Origin: the human T2T-CHM13v2.0 reference genome, Homo sapiens
Assembly (NCBI RefSeq): GCF_009914755.1
Contig: NC_060932.1
Length of the DNA: 64,000 bases
Direction: 5' to 3' (one strand)
Under the pieces are notes generated by a model. It saw nothing but the letters and a program-made list of their open reading frames with translations, made no database searches and was not told the origin of the DNA. Shown here piece after piece: positions 39,482 through 58,043 of this stretch; within the stretch, counting starts at the first letter, position 1, and each line of letters opens with the position of its first letter. Made by a program: the position numbers and the translations under genes.

Positions 39482-39907
39482 AAGGCCTCCTCTTTTTAAA
39501 AATAATTTTTCATCTTTTGAGTTTCCTGGAAATAATCAAATATTATTTGATTAAATAATTAAGGACAGATTGGGGAGAGGGTGCCGGGTATGGAGATTTA
39601 ATTATTCCCCACAGTCGTCATGAGTCCATCTGTGGGCCATCTCTAATTTTAGTCCGTTTTTTTCTCTTCATCCTTCTTCTTCATAGCCATTTCCTCATCC
39701 CCCTTGTTGATACCCACTTTAATGTGTTTGATATATGTCCTTATATGTCTGTGTATCTTTGGTAAACAGACTGATGCTTTATGTCTATGAGTATTTTATA
39801 TATATATATAAAAATGATACTGTGTTATAGTTTCTTGCTTCTCGCTGTTGACTGGTATTCCCTATAGGCAGTTACCATAGTTGACTTACTCATTTCCCTG
39901 GTGGTAA

Positions 39908-40300
<393 letters not shown>

Positions 40301-40849
40301 CAGCAGCACATAATTTTTTCTATGGTTTACCCCAAAAATTAGAATTTCTGGGCCCAGGGAAAATACATACACAGTTTTACCAAGTATTGCCAGATTGCTT
40401 TTCAGAAAAGTTGCTTCATTCTGAATTGTCACCAACAATATTTGAACATTTCTCTTTCCCTATTTTTTTTTTTTTTTACCAACTTTTGGTATTATCTGTC
40501 TTTCTAACTTTTGCCAGGTAACGGACATAACGTGATATCTCATTATCATTTTAACTTATATTTCTCTGATTATTAGTGAAGTTAGCCATCTTCACAAATT
40601 TGCTGCCATTTGGGTTTTCTTTTCCATGAACTGCCTGTTTATATGTTTGCCCATTTGTCTATTGGTTTCTCTATTAAAAAAAAAATTAATTTGCGTATTA
40701 CATTTATAATAATGAATATTAATGGATTCTGTTTTACTTTCTTACTGTAAATACTAATATAGTTATTTCTATTTTGATTTTCATTTTAAAAGGGAGAAAG
40801 GCTGTAGAAATGCTTTTGAAGTTATAATAAAGTTAATTTTTGTTTTTAG

Positions 40850-40937
40850 TCCAGATGTCAGAGCATTCCTTCAAATGGACAGTCCAAAACACCAGTCAGA
40901 TCCATCTGAAGATGAGGATGAAAGAAGTTCTCAGAAG
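40850..40937 (+). CDS. SGK3: SGK3 coding exon 5 (aa 110-139, end of PX domain and acidic linker)
   Basis: tttttag|T; [29 protein letters not shown]; AAG|gtagta; 88 nt. Confidence 0.96.
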
Positions 40938-41042
40938 GTAGTAAGAGGAATTGCCTTTCTTAATAGAAAAAATACTATTCCAAAGGTGAAATTAGTGGCT
41001 TTAGGACACTTACTTCAAATGAAGTAATTTCATCCATAGTAG

Positions 41043-41417
<375 letters not shown>

Positions 41418-41866
41418 TAAAACCTATAGAATGAGTACTTTTTTACTAAAAAGTAATATAGGTTAATCAGACAAATTTGAAAATAGGTAAAAAGAAAAGT
41501 ATTATCCATATTATTGCACCCACACCTAAAAATTTTTAACATCCTGGTGATTTTCTTTCCAATCTTCTCTAATGTATAGGGTTTTAAAATTACTTAATTT
41601 TAATTATGCAGTGTATACAGTTTTATATTCTGCTTTCTTCACTTCACATCTTATTTTATCATTATTGCCACCCTTGAAACTATGTTGAATTTTGGCCAAC
41701 AGAAGAGGCCTTCTTGACCACATTACATCCCACTTACTCTGCATTGTCAGGATTTTATATACAGAACAGTCAATACATACATGCCAGTTGGCATCAACTA
41801 ACTTTTATTTCTGTGATATATGTACATAATTAATGTGTGTTCCTAACAGAGAATAGGGTAGCCTTG

Positions 41867-42173
41867 TTTTTTTTTTTTTTTGTTAATTTTTTTTGAGATG
41901 GAGTCTCGCACTGTTGCCTAGGCCAGAGTCAGTGGCGTGATCTTGGCTCACTGCAAGCTGTGCCTCCCAGGTTCAAGTGATTCTCCTGCCTCAGCCTCCC
42001 TAGTAGCTGGGGCTACAGGTGCCTGCCACCACGCCCGGCTAATTTTTGTATTTTTAGTAGAGATGGAGTTTCACCATATTTGCCAGGCTGCTCTCAAACT
42101 CCTAACCTTGTGATCCTCCTGCCTCGGCCTCCCAAAGTGCTGGGATTACAAGCATGAGCTGCTGTGCCTGACC
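41867..42173 (-). mobile_element. Alu (AluS-like)
   Basis: Antisense dimer. Confidence 0.9.
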
Positions 42174-42639
42174 AGTGTTGTTTTTTAAACTAGATGTGAT
42201 AGCAATAAGTAAAATAAGCTTGTGTCTTATTATGAAGATGTTTTCAACATTTACCATTCGAAGGTTATGTGGGAGAAGTAAATTGTAATAATTTAACTGT
42301 AAGTATTATTATGTAGCAATTAAATTATTATAAATGTTATATAACTATATCTACATAATTTAAACTTTTAAACAACTATTATTAAATATATGCATGAAAA
42401 TCAGAGATGATGGGTTGAAATACAGTTTTTCTTTATAATGCCTTTTAATTTTGTTATGGTTCTGTTTTTGTGATTTAAAAGATAATATGGTGCATTGGAA
42501 TATTACTGTCCTAGAGCTAAAACCTTCATTTTGAAAAAAGACATATTCCTTTTTTGTGACTACTGGAAAGTAGTAATTTTCCTTCTCCAATACCCCAAGA
42601 AGATTCTCAGTTAAGAGAACAAATGTTACTTTTACATCT

Positions 42640-43460
42640 GTGACATGGTTGCTCCTAGGACAATGTAAAAAGCTTTAAAAAAAATCTCTGTAGCTGGTCA
42701 AAAGAGAAACAACAAACTGGGAAAAGATTTGTAACAAATAAGGCATAAGAAGAAATAACGTCTGTGTGAAAAGCCCATACAAATGGGTTTTTGAAAAGAA
42801 TGATACTTAACACCATAGTAGATAAAAGGAAATGGGGCATGAAGGAATACTCTTAGTAAAAAAACATAGAGGAAAATGTTGAACGTTGATGCTATTAGCA
42901 AATGAAAATCTTAGAGATTTTTATTGCTCTACCAAATTAAAAAAAAATGTACAGTAAAATATTGCAGAACTGATAACAGTAAGGTAAAACAAGCACCCTT
43001 GGTCATCATTGGTGTCATAATTTTATGCAACTCTTTTGGAAAGCAATTCAGCAGTACATATCAAATATAAAAATATTCACATCAGGAATTGATGCAAATG
43101 GAATAATCCACACAGAAAAAAGCAAAAGATGTTCATTTCAGTATGATCTGTTAAAAACAATATTAGACTCAACCTAAATATTGACCAGTCACTTAGTGTT
43201 TGTCCATATATGTTATACATTTTAAATTATTTTTCAAGATCAGATGTTAAGCTTTGACACATCAAATGAAATCAGTATTTAAAACATATGCATATTCACA
43301 CAGTATGATTTACAGTCAGTTTTTTAAAAAGATATGCAAATACTATATGAAAGTAGTGTAAATATTTGCAAAATTATATATTGGTAAGGTTATGGATTTT
43401 AAAAAACCTTTTTCCTAATACTTTTGACATTTTCCAACTATTAGTATTTTTAATTGAAAA
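42640..43460 (+). mobile_element. old L1M (L1ME-like) 3' fragment
   Basis: acaaactgggaaaagatttgtaaca...cttttggaaagcaattcagcagtacatatcaaa. Confidence 0.6.
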
Positions 43461-43807
43461 ATGAATGATTTCAAGTAATGTTTTTAAAATCTATGTAACC
43501 ATGATTTTCCATGTTTTGCTTGCTACTCATGTGAGACTAGGTAGGTTTAGGTTATTTGAAGCCTATCTTGCCTTGCAGTGGAAGACAGCTGCAGACAACT
43601 CGAAGATAGAACCAAGCTGAGAGATTTCTGGGTTCTGCCGCTGTTGGCTTTAAATCTGAGTTTTGTTCCTTTTTTTCTTTTTTCATCCATAGTGTCTGAA
43701 ACTTCCACTAGAATCCCTTGAGGTTTTAAAATACAGATAAAAAGAATCTCTTTTAAAAAAGGAAAAAGCCATACTTTGTTGTATAATTGTAACTACTTAT
43801 TAAGGAC

Positions 43808-44084
<277 letters not shown>

Positions 44085-44460
44085 TATTAAGGACTTTTAA
44101 GTGAATAACTAAGTGAAGTTCCTAGCTGGAATATTTTAGAGGGCATCTGGACCTACTCCCTTATTTACACAGAGAAAAATAGAGGCCAAGGGAAGTCAAG
44201 AAACTTAAATGATCTCAATTAGTATTCATTCTGTTAATAAATTATACCTCACCCTCAATTTAGTGACTAGATGTTGTCTTCAAAAATAGTAAGTACAATT
44301 GTCTAATTCGATATCCTAATACTTTTCATCATTTCAGAAATGTGCTCCATTAGGGGAATCCTTGCCTAAATAATAAAATCTAATTACATATTAACATACT
44401 TCAGGGGACAAGTTGTTCATGTTGTTTAATCTGCACTATATTTAATCCTCTTCCTTCATC

Positions 44461-44748
<288 letters not shown>

Positions 44749-45111
44749 TTCCTTCATCTTTATAAGAAAAATTTATTGAATGGAAAATTAAACCAGTTAT
44801 CTGCACATTCATTAACAGAAGAAGTGTATTGAAATTACAACTCAGTTTGAATTACATTGTAAGAGTCTAAGGAACACTGAAATATTTTTTTCTTCCGTTT
44901 TTATTATGATTTGTTTTGATTATTTTGTAGCAGTTACTTAGTAGAAAGGAACACTGTAATATTTAAACATTAAAGGCAACTCTTAGTTAAAACTATGCCG
45001 CAACAGGACTAATCTCATTTAATGAATTTTTTATGTATAGGTATAACAACAGGAAATAAATTTGAATTGTAACTACAACACTGGTGCCAATGTTGTTTTT
45101 TCATGAGAAAC

Positions 45112-45936
<825 letters not shown>

Positions 45937-46319
45937 TTATATGAAGTATAATTATATATTATATAGAACACTAGTAAAAGTATACATATTTGAAACATTT
46001 ATAACTGATTTAATTATCTGAATGTATAAAGAGGTTTAAAGTTCATTTATGTGAAGCAGAATTTACTGACACGTGGCTTTTATAAAAAATGATCACTGAT
46101 AGGATTACTAGATTAATCTGGGATTTTTGAGTTAAAATTAGAGCTAATTATTAATGAACTAGAATCTTTTATTACTTAAATTTCTTCATAGCATACTAGG
46201 TAAATAAAGATTTGCTTCTAAATTAATACCAGGGCTTAAGCTTACTGTGTTAACTGTTGCAAAGAGAAAAGCCTGTATAAAATGTTGGCACTACCACAGT
46301 GCTAGAATTAGAAAGAAAA

Positions 46320-46723
<404 letters not shown>

Positions 46724-47131
46724 CTATCATTTCTGTCTTTGATAAACTGTTTGAAAACTTGAAAAACAAAAAGCCATTTTTAACCAGTTTTTTAGAAAGT
46801 GATCCCTCTTAAATTGCAGTTGCAATACCCACCTCCTCAAAGGAGCTTTCCTCAGTTTATTTCATTTATTTGCCAACTTAGAGCTTGATTTCTGGCTTAC
46901 CTTTTTTCTTACAACAGTTCTTGAAAACTACCATGAGAAAAATGATTATGTTTTTGTCTATGTGTATTTCCAAGTAAGTCTATACCCTTACTGAGAATCA
47001 GGACTTTGGGTTTCTTTAACATGGCAACAAACCAAATATTTGTGGTACAGTTATAAATACTTTATTTCAAAACATTAATTAATTTTTGAAGCTCCAATAA
47101 GAATGTTGTTTTTCTTTCCCCACCTTCACAG

Positions 47132-47181
47132 CTACACTCTACCTCACAGAACATCAACCTGGGACCGTCTGGAAATCCTCA
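47132..47181 (+). CDS. SGK3: SGK3 coding exon 6 (aa 140-156)
   Basis: ttcacag|CTA; LHSTSQNINLGPSGNP(H); TCA|gtatgt; 50 nt. Confidence 0.96.
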
Positions 47182-47428
47182 GTATGTTTAATTTGCTTCA
47201 AACAATTTTTTAACTGAATTTTAGGAAGATCTTTTTTGAGCGTATGCAGATATGTATAATTACACTAATTTAACTGTAGGCCTTTGAAATATAACCATAG
47301 TTACAGTGAATACAGTGCTGTCATATGCTTGTATGCTCCAGCTTTTCACTGCTTTAGGATAGCCCTGAGGAATTTTTAATCCACAGATTGTTAATTGGGT
47401 TCTGCTATTTTGTCATTGTCACTTTTCT

Positions 47429-47443
47429 GGGTGGGTGGGTGGG

Positions 47444-47477
<34 letters not shown>
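47429..47477 (+). repeat. (GGGT)3G6 G-quadruplex motif fused to (TG)15
   Basis: gggtgggtgggtgggggg followed by tgtgtg... Confidence 0.9.
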
Positions 47478-47478
<1 letters not shown>

Positions 47479-47919
47479 TAAAATCAGTAGACCATATTTC
47501 CCAAGGGACCACAAGTCCTATGAGGTCCTCTGAAAAAAAGCACCCTTGCAGGCCTAATTGACATTCTGCTGGTGTTTGGTGTGATTGGTGCACCCCTGTT
47601 GTTAGCCAGCTTCTTCCAGAGGAGTCATAATGGACATTAGCATATTAAAGGCTATTAAACTTTGTTTACCGAGTTTCTCCCCATATTCCCAGGCTAATTG
47701 ATTAGTAATGTCTGCCATGGATTGGAGGAGGAATGTGGTCTTGCTGCCCTTACTTGTAATTATCCTTACAGGCGTATTACATTTACTCTGAAGTGTTTTT
47801 TTATTCTAGGCTTTCCCTACCCTTTCCCTACCCTTTTGCTCTACTTGGAGAATGATTATAGGCAGATGGGAGAAGTGGTCCAAGGACTGCGTCCTGGTAC
47901 ACTTCAACATTATGAGATC

Positions 47920-48260
47920 AGGAAAGAACTGCTAACAGAGACTGAGAAAGAGACAGTAAGATAAGAGAAAAACCAGGAATATGGTTTCCTGAAGTCAGGG
48001 GAAGAGTGCCTAAAAGAGGAGGGAGTAATTATCTCTGTTAATGTTGCTGATAGGGCAAGTAAGATGAAGATTGAAAATTGACCACTGGATTTCATGAAGT
48101 CATTGGTGACTTTTAATGAGCAGTTTCAATGGTGTGGTGGTTGATATAAGACCCTGATCAGAAAGGGTTCACAAGAGAACTAGAGGAGAGGACAGCGGGT
48201 AGAGACAACGAGTTTACAAAACTTACTTGAAGAGTTTTTGCTTCAAAGGAAAGCAAATAA
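47920..48260 (-). mobile_element. L2 fragment
   Basis: aatgttgctgatagggcaagtaagatgaagattgaaaattgaccactggattt...gagcagtttcaatggtgtggtgg. Confidence 0.75.
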
Positions 48261-48345
48261 ATACGATGCTAACTGGAAGTTTGGTTTTAAGCATTCTTTT
48301 CTGTTGTTCATAGCATTGAACAAAAATGGCAGCACAAAAAATGGA

Positions 48346-48633
48346 TTTTTTTTTTTTTTTTTTTTATTGAGACAGAGTCTCGCTCTGTCGCCTAGGCGGG
48401 AGTCCAGTGGTGCAATCTCCACTCACCGCAGCCTCTGCCTCCCAGGTTCTCCCTCCTGAGCCTTCTGAGTACCTGGGATTACAGGCAGCCACCATCATGC
48501 CCAGCTAATTTTTGTAGAGACAGGGTTTCACCATGTTGGGCAGGCTGGTCTTGGAACTCCTGATCTCAGGTGATCTGCTTGCCTCAGTCTCCCAAAGTGC
48601 TGGGATTACAGGCATGAGCCACTGTGCCTGGCC
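48346..48633 (-). mobile_element. Alu (AluS-like)
   Basis: TSD aaaaatgga. Confidence 0.9.
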
Positions 48634-49731
48634 AAAAATGGAAATTTGCCTGAAGTTAAGGTTCATCTCCAGCAGTTAACAGTGAGGCTTGGAGTATGGC
48701 CTCAGCTCGCCTATTTACTGTTTGAGGGACCTGCATGCTTTTCACTGTTAGATTTGTTTACAAAGTTATTTCAGTACCTCTGCATATCTTTAAAGAAGAA
48801 AATAGTTCAAAGAGCAGGTTTTTGAAGAAGAAAAACATCTAAATATAGTTAAGTGTTTATCTCACTAGTCTTTACCTGTCATTATTTAACCTAGTTCTGG
48901 TTTTACTCTCATGTTTGAATTAACGATTTTTTGATGATTAAGCAAATTTCAAATCTAAATGGATTTATTCCCCTCTTCCCATACAACTTATGAATTCAGA
49001 CCATGTTGGAGGAAACGGCTCTTTTGGCTGCTTAAGCTCCCCTTTCTGCTGCCGTGTGTTTTTGTCTACATAACAGCCAATGCTGTTTTTACCTGATAGG
49101 TTAAGTTAACATAAATAAAAGGGCAGTCTTGCTTTTCTCTTCCTGGTTTTCCTATATTACCGTTCATGAGAATAAGCTGAGAAGTATTTTATCTTTAATG
49201 TACAATAAGTGGTTTATATGAAACACTGTAATGACTTTTTTCTCCATCAGAAATTATTCTTAGCGTCTTTACTAGGTGATCCAACTAGCAGCTTCATTTT
49301 CAGAAGAATTACCACGTTATATAGTCCTTAGAATGTATCACTTATTTATATAGTTATTTAATTTCCTCAACAACATTGGACCATGATTAATAAAATTGGT
49401 TTAGATAGAAGCTATTTCAAGTTCAAAACTCTACATATAGGATATGCATATATCCTTTTCTCCCAAAGAGAGTATTATTGAAGTTCCTCTTAAGCAGAAC
49501 TTAATGAGGCTTAAAGTTATGAAATGTTTTATCTGATCAGAAAGTAGATATTACTATACATATTACCTACTGTGCATGAAAGATGAAGTACTCAGCAGGA
49601 AAGCTAGAGTTAATAGGCTGAAGTGTTTTGTGCCTAACATTTATTTTTTAAAGAGGGAGGTGCTAAGAAATGTTTAAAAGTTAATATTTCCAATTTCTAG
49701 GAGGCTAATTCTTATTGTTAATTTATTTCAG

Positions 49732-49789
49732 TGCCAAACCAACTGACTTTGATTTCTTAAAAGTTATTGGAAAAGGCAGCTTTGGCAAG
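49732..49789 (+). CDS. SGK3: SGK3 coding exon 7 (aa 156-175, glycine-rich loop)
   Basis: tttcag|T; [19 protein letters not shown]; AAG|gtaaga; 58 nt. Confidence 0.97.
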
Positions 49790-49809
49790 GTAAGAGTGTT
49801 TTGTGAGGT

Positions 49810-50252
<443 letters not shown>

Positions 50253-50289
50253 TAGGGAGAAAAGGCATCTACTCAAATTCTATAATAAA

Positions 50290-50640
50290 GTTCACTTATT
50301 CAGAAGGTGTTTGTTGAACACCTACTGTGTGCCAGATACCCTTCTGGGCCCTGGTTAGAAAAATTATGGAAATTGACATGGTTACTACCTTTGTGGTGCT
50401 TACAATCTCGGTGGGGGGATAGTCAATTTAAAATATTCAGTCAAGTAAATAAGTACAAATAATAACAGCAGTGCAGGAAATGAAGAATAGGGTGAAATGA
50501 CAAAGGACAATAGGCAGCTGAGGGAAGATTCCCACTTACATAGCTTCTCAGAAGACATGCTGTTTAAGCCAAAGCTGGAAAGACAAAAATGAGCAGCTGT
50601 GTAAATAACAGTTTGAGAAGGAAACGAATGTGTAAAGACC
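50290..50640 (-). mobile_element. L2 3' end
   Basis: ttcacttattcagaaggtgtttgttgaacacctactgtgtgccagatacc. Confidence 0.7.
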
Positions 50641-51111
50641 CTGCTTATTTTCTTATGGTGTCAGATGAATCATGTAACTTGACAGTATAGCCATACCAAG
50701 GAAGGAGAATCACTTAAGGCCAGGGTTAACAGGAAAGTATCATAGATGAAGTTATCAGAATCATCGAATATATTTAAGTGCTTTTTTTACAGTGTACTTC
50801 AGTCTTTAGTAAAAATGGAATATGTATGTGTTTAATCATATTTTGCTATATTTGTAGCTTTTGGTAACTCTAGTTTGTTTTCTGGGTTTCCTTGAGACTA
50901 GAAACTGTGGCTATGCAATTAAACCCATGTATGTTTATTCACTCAGCAAATATATATTATCCACCTGCTACATGCTGAGTATTGTGCTAGTATAAGCAAT
51001 AGAAAGTTAGAAATTAATCCTGCTCTCAAAATCCCCAAAATTCTATTGGAATGCTTGACATAGTTGTCATTAAGAACAAAAGCATTATCTGTCATTAAAA
51101 ACAAAAGCATT

Positions 51112-51229
51112 GTGGCACATACCTGTAATCCCAGCTACTTGGGAGCCTGAGGCAGGAAGATCACTTGAGTTCAGGAGTCCAAGACCAGCCTGGGCAACAT
51201 AGCAAGACCCCATCTCAAAAAAAAAAAAA
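51112..51229 (+). mobile_element. FLAM-type Alu monomer
   Basis: 5'-truncated monomer with A tail. Confidence 0.8.
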
Positions 51230-51249
51230 GTCATTATCTTTTGGAAACT

Positions 51250-53085
<1,836 letters not shown>

Positions 53086-53147
53086 CTTGCAAAATGATTA
53101 GAAACCAACAAAGTGCACTCCTGTAATCTTAGAAACCAACAAAGTGC

Positions 53148-53715
<568 letters not shown>

Positions 53716-54240
53716 AAGATACTCTAGATTTCTTCAGATTCTTTAAAGCGTCTGCATGGGACCCAGCCCACTATAGAAATCCATGGCACTTTTTCTTCTG
53801 AACTCTTCTGAATTTAAAACCTGTTAAGAAAAATCTCAGTATGAAACAGTACATTTTGATTACCTAAAAAACATTTCCTTATCCTTGTTAATGTAGCCAT
53901 GAAGTTTATAACAATATTTTCTACAGGCAATATTTTCTCCTGGAAGTACAGGAGACTTCCAGGATTCAGGGCTGGAGCACATGCATGCATACACACACAA
54001 ACTTCTCAAGCAGTGTAGATTTGGGCACTTAAATTTAGTTTAAAAAATCTCAAATATCAACACATTAAGTGACAAAGAAAAGGTGCCTGATTACTTGATT
54101 TTTAAAACAAAAACATGATCTAGGTCCCTTATGGACTTTCTTTTTACAGAATTTAAGAAGTATTGATGTGTTGACAAGTGAATTATTTCTATCAAAATTT
54201 GAAATTTCTAATAGTATACACTAATGTTTAACTATAACAG

Positions 54241-54324
54241 GTTCTTCTTGCAAAACGGAAACTGGATGGAAAATTTTATGCTGTCAAAGTGTTACAGAAA
54301 AAAATAGTTCTCAACAGAAAAGAG
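54241..54324 (+). CDS. SGK3: SGK3 coding exon 8 (aa 176-203, catalytic Lys191)
   Basis: taacag|GTT; [28 protein letters not shown]; GAG|gtaaaa; 84 nt. Confidence 0.97.
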
Positions 54325-54420
54325 GTAAAATAAAATAGTTGTTTCTCTCAAGCCCATTTTCTCAATTAAGAGAGCTGTTTTCTAGTGTATAATACAATTG
54401 ATCTTTTGCCTTTTTTCCAG

Positions 54421-54552
54421 CAAAAACATATTATGGCTGAACGTAATGTGCTCTTGAAAAATGTGAAACATCCGTTTTTGGTTGGATTGCATTATTCCTT
54501 CCAAACAACTGAAAAGCTTTATTTTGTTCTGGATTTTGTTAATGGAGGGGAG
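54421..54552 (+). CDS. SGK3: SGK3 coding exon 9 (aa 204-247, alphaC helix to hinge)
   Basis: ttttccag|CAA; [44 protein letters not shown]; GAG|gtgagt; 132 nt. Confidence 0.97.
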
Positions 54553-54969
54553 GTGAGTTTTATAATGAGTTTTCTAATGTTAATAGTTTAGAAAAATAGC
54601 ATAAAGTCAAAGTTTTTCTTGTAAGTTTTAGAAGGACAGTATAAAATCAGTAGCTTTTTATAGCAATAATATTCAAGGTACTGGCTGAGTACAGGATGTG
54701 GAGAATTGTAACACAGAGCTTTTAAGCATATGGTATAGTTGAGAAGGTTCATAAAAGAACCTTGATATGAAGCTGCTGGCTTCATGGACAGGTTTGTCAC
54801 TAAACTGTATAGCAAGAATAACATATTGAAATATTAGAATAAAATGTGATTTGTAATTTAGGCAATTATCTCAACAGTTGCATACAAATATTACTCCAGC
54901 TTCTCAGTTTCCAAGATGTGCAAATTATTAATCAGATGAGATAATCCTCTAATAAGGGGCTCTGTGGTG

Positions 54970-55127
54970 GTAGCTTGGCTCAGTGACTCGCACCTTTAAT
55001 CTCAGCTACTCAGGAGGCTGAGGCAGAAGGATCACTTGAGTCCAGGAGTTTGAGGCTACAGTAAGCTATGATTGCACTGCAGCCTGGGTAACAGAACGAG
55101 ACCCCATCTCTTTAAAAAAAAAAAAAA
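54970..55127 (+). mobile_element. Alu monomer (FRAM/FAM-like)
   Basis: Single monomer with A tail. Confidence 0.8.
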
Positions 55128-55248
55128 GGCTTTATGATAAAGTCTGTTTTGGAAATGTTTCATGTTATATCCATTTCTTGGTGATTCACAATATGCCTCA
55201 GCATGTTAAAGACTTCGAGAAATTCTGCCTTAAACAAAGTCAGGATAT

Positions 55249-55345
55249 CTTTTTTTTTTTTTTTTTTTTTTTGAGACAGCGTCTCACTCTGTCACCCAGG
55301 CTGGAGTGCAGTGGTCACAGCTCGCTACAGCCTCAACCTCCTCAA
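55249..55345 (-). mobile_element. 5'-truncated Alu fragment
   Basis: T tail plus right-arm end; TSD ggatatctt at 55243 and 55349. Confidence 0.85.
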
Positions 55346-55975
55346 ATTGGATATCTTAAGAGAATTTTTTAAAACCGTGCAGTCCCCTTTTTTGTTTCAA
55401 CCAATCTCTTAAGTATTACACAAAACTCTGATTCAGATGGATATTGAAATACACTTTGGGAAATGCTGCTATTACAATAATTACAATAATAACTAACTTC
55501 CATTGAGTATTACTTAGTATCCATCACTCTGGCTCTTTGTACATATAATTTTACCTTCACAACAATCTATAGTAAGACTGACTGAGGCACAGAGAAGCTA
55601 GGTAGCTTGTAGAAGTAATGTGGTTAGTATCAGAGGCAGGGATTGAACTGAGGCAGCCTGATTCCAGGATCTAGGCAGCTGACCTCTCAACCCTCACACC
55701 TTTCTAATTTGTTTGGTCTTTGAACTGTGAATGTCTAAAAAATTTTTTTAACTAATAGGTATTGTCATATCTTTACAAAGGGATCTTTCATTCCCCAATC
55801 TCTGAGCAGAAAATGACTATTTCAGCATTTAACTGTAGAAGAAAGGAACTGTAAGGAAAATTAGTTAATATTCTGCAAAACCGAAAGATGGTCAGACACA
55901 CCTAGATCATTTTGGGGGAAGATTGTAAAAAGAATGATTATTCACCTTTCTACATCTGTCACAAAAGTCCCTTAA

Positions 55976-56841
<866 letters not shown>

Positions 56842-57973
56842 GAAATTTTCTTATTTATAAATAAGAAAATTGAGGTTCGGAGAGGTTAAATAACTGTCTC
56901 AATGTTACGGTGTTCTAGTAAGTGTCAGACCCTGCATTTAACCTAGATATCTCGACTGCAGAGCCCATTCTTAAGTGCCACCTTGTGTCTTTGAAATGTT
57001 CATGTGAAGCATCTAAGTGCAGGTGAGATACCACTGCGAGCTCCCTGCTTTATGTGTGGTTTCTTCGTGCTCTTTTAGGGCTTTGCTTCTGAGACCTTTT
57101 TGTACAGTGACTGCTCACTGGCAAAGAATGGAAGAGGAAGGCTTGTCATCTGAAAGATGCAAGATAATGAAAAAAGGAGAATAAAATACAATAGAATGCC
57201 AGGGTGGGTGGAGGAGAAGTTGAGTGGGTAATAGGTAGACAAGGGTTAAAGATGAGGAGAAAGGATAGGAGTGTGGTTTCCATACATTATTACTCTTATT
57301 TTCCCCCAGTGTTCATACTTAAAAATTTTAACTTTGACATACGAATACTTAGCTTTGTATACTACTTCATATCTTTTTTAGAGCAAAGTAGAATAAAAAC
57401 AAATAAGTTTTATGACACTTGGCAGATGAGCAAGCCTCTCTGAGCCTCAGCTTCCGATTTCCTGAGTCAAAATTGTTGGCTAATGTCCACATAGGAGATA
57501 TCAACATTGAGGTGGTGGTTAAAACCAACAGAATGGATAAAGTTACCTGGGAAGGGTATTTGGAGAAAAAATAACACGTGGACCAAGGGCAGAAACCCTG
57601 TCATCCCTGCATTTTCCGAGGCCAGAAAGGAGCAGAGATGGAATTCACCAAGACTCAAGGAGAGATTTTTGTCTTAGAAGCCAAGGGACCCAGTGGAAAC
57701 TTCCCCCAGGCAGTAACCTTAGTTAAAGGCCAGGTTATAAGAAATAAATTAAAAATTAGGAAGTATAAGAAATGAACTAGAAAGTCCAACTGCTGTTTAG
57801 CTGCAGCCGGTTGCTGCTGCTGTGAAGTGTAGGCCTAATGGTCCAGAGCTTATCTTTTTAAAAAAAAAAACTAAAACCATGAATTTTTACCCCCAAATTC
57901 CCAGTTTTTAATGTTATCAACTAATTCAGATTTTTTGAAAAACAGTATTTGGCTCAAGTAAATTATATGTATG

Positions 57974-57976
<3 letters not shown>

Positions 57977-58040
<64 letters not shown>
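57977..58040. repeat. (AT)32 perfect microsatellite
   Basis: 64 nt of uninterrupted AT. Confidence 0.95.
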
Positions 58041-58043
<3 letters not shown>

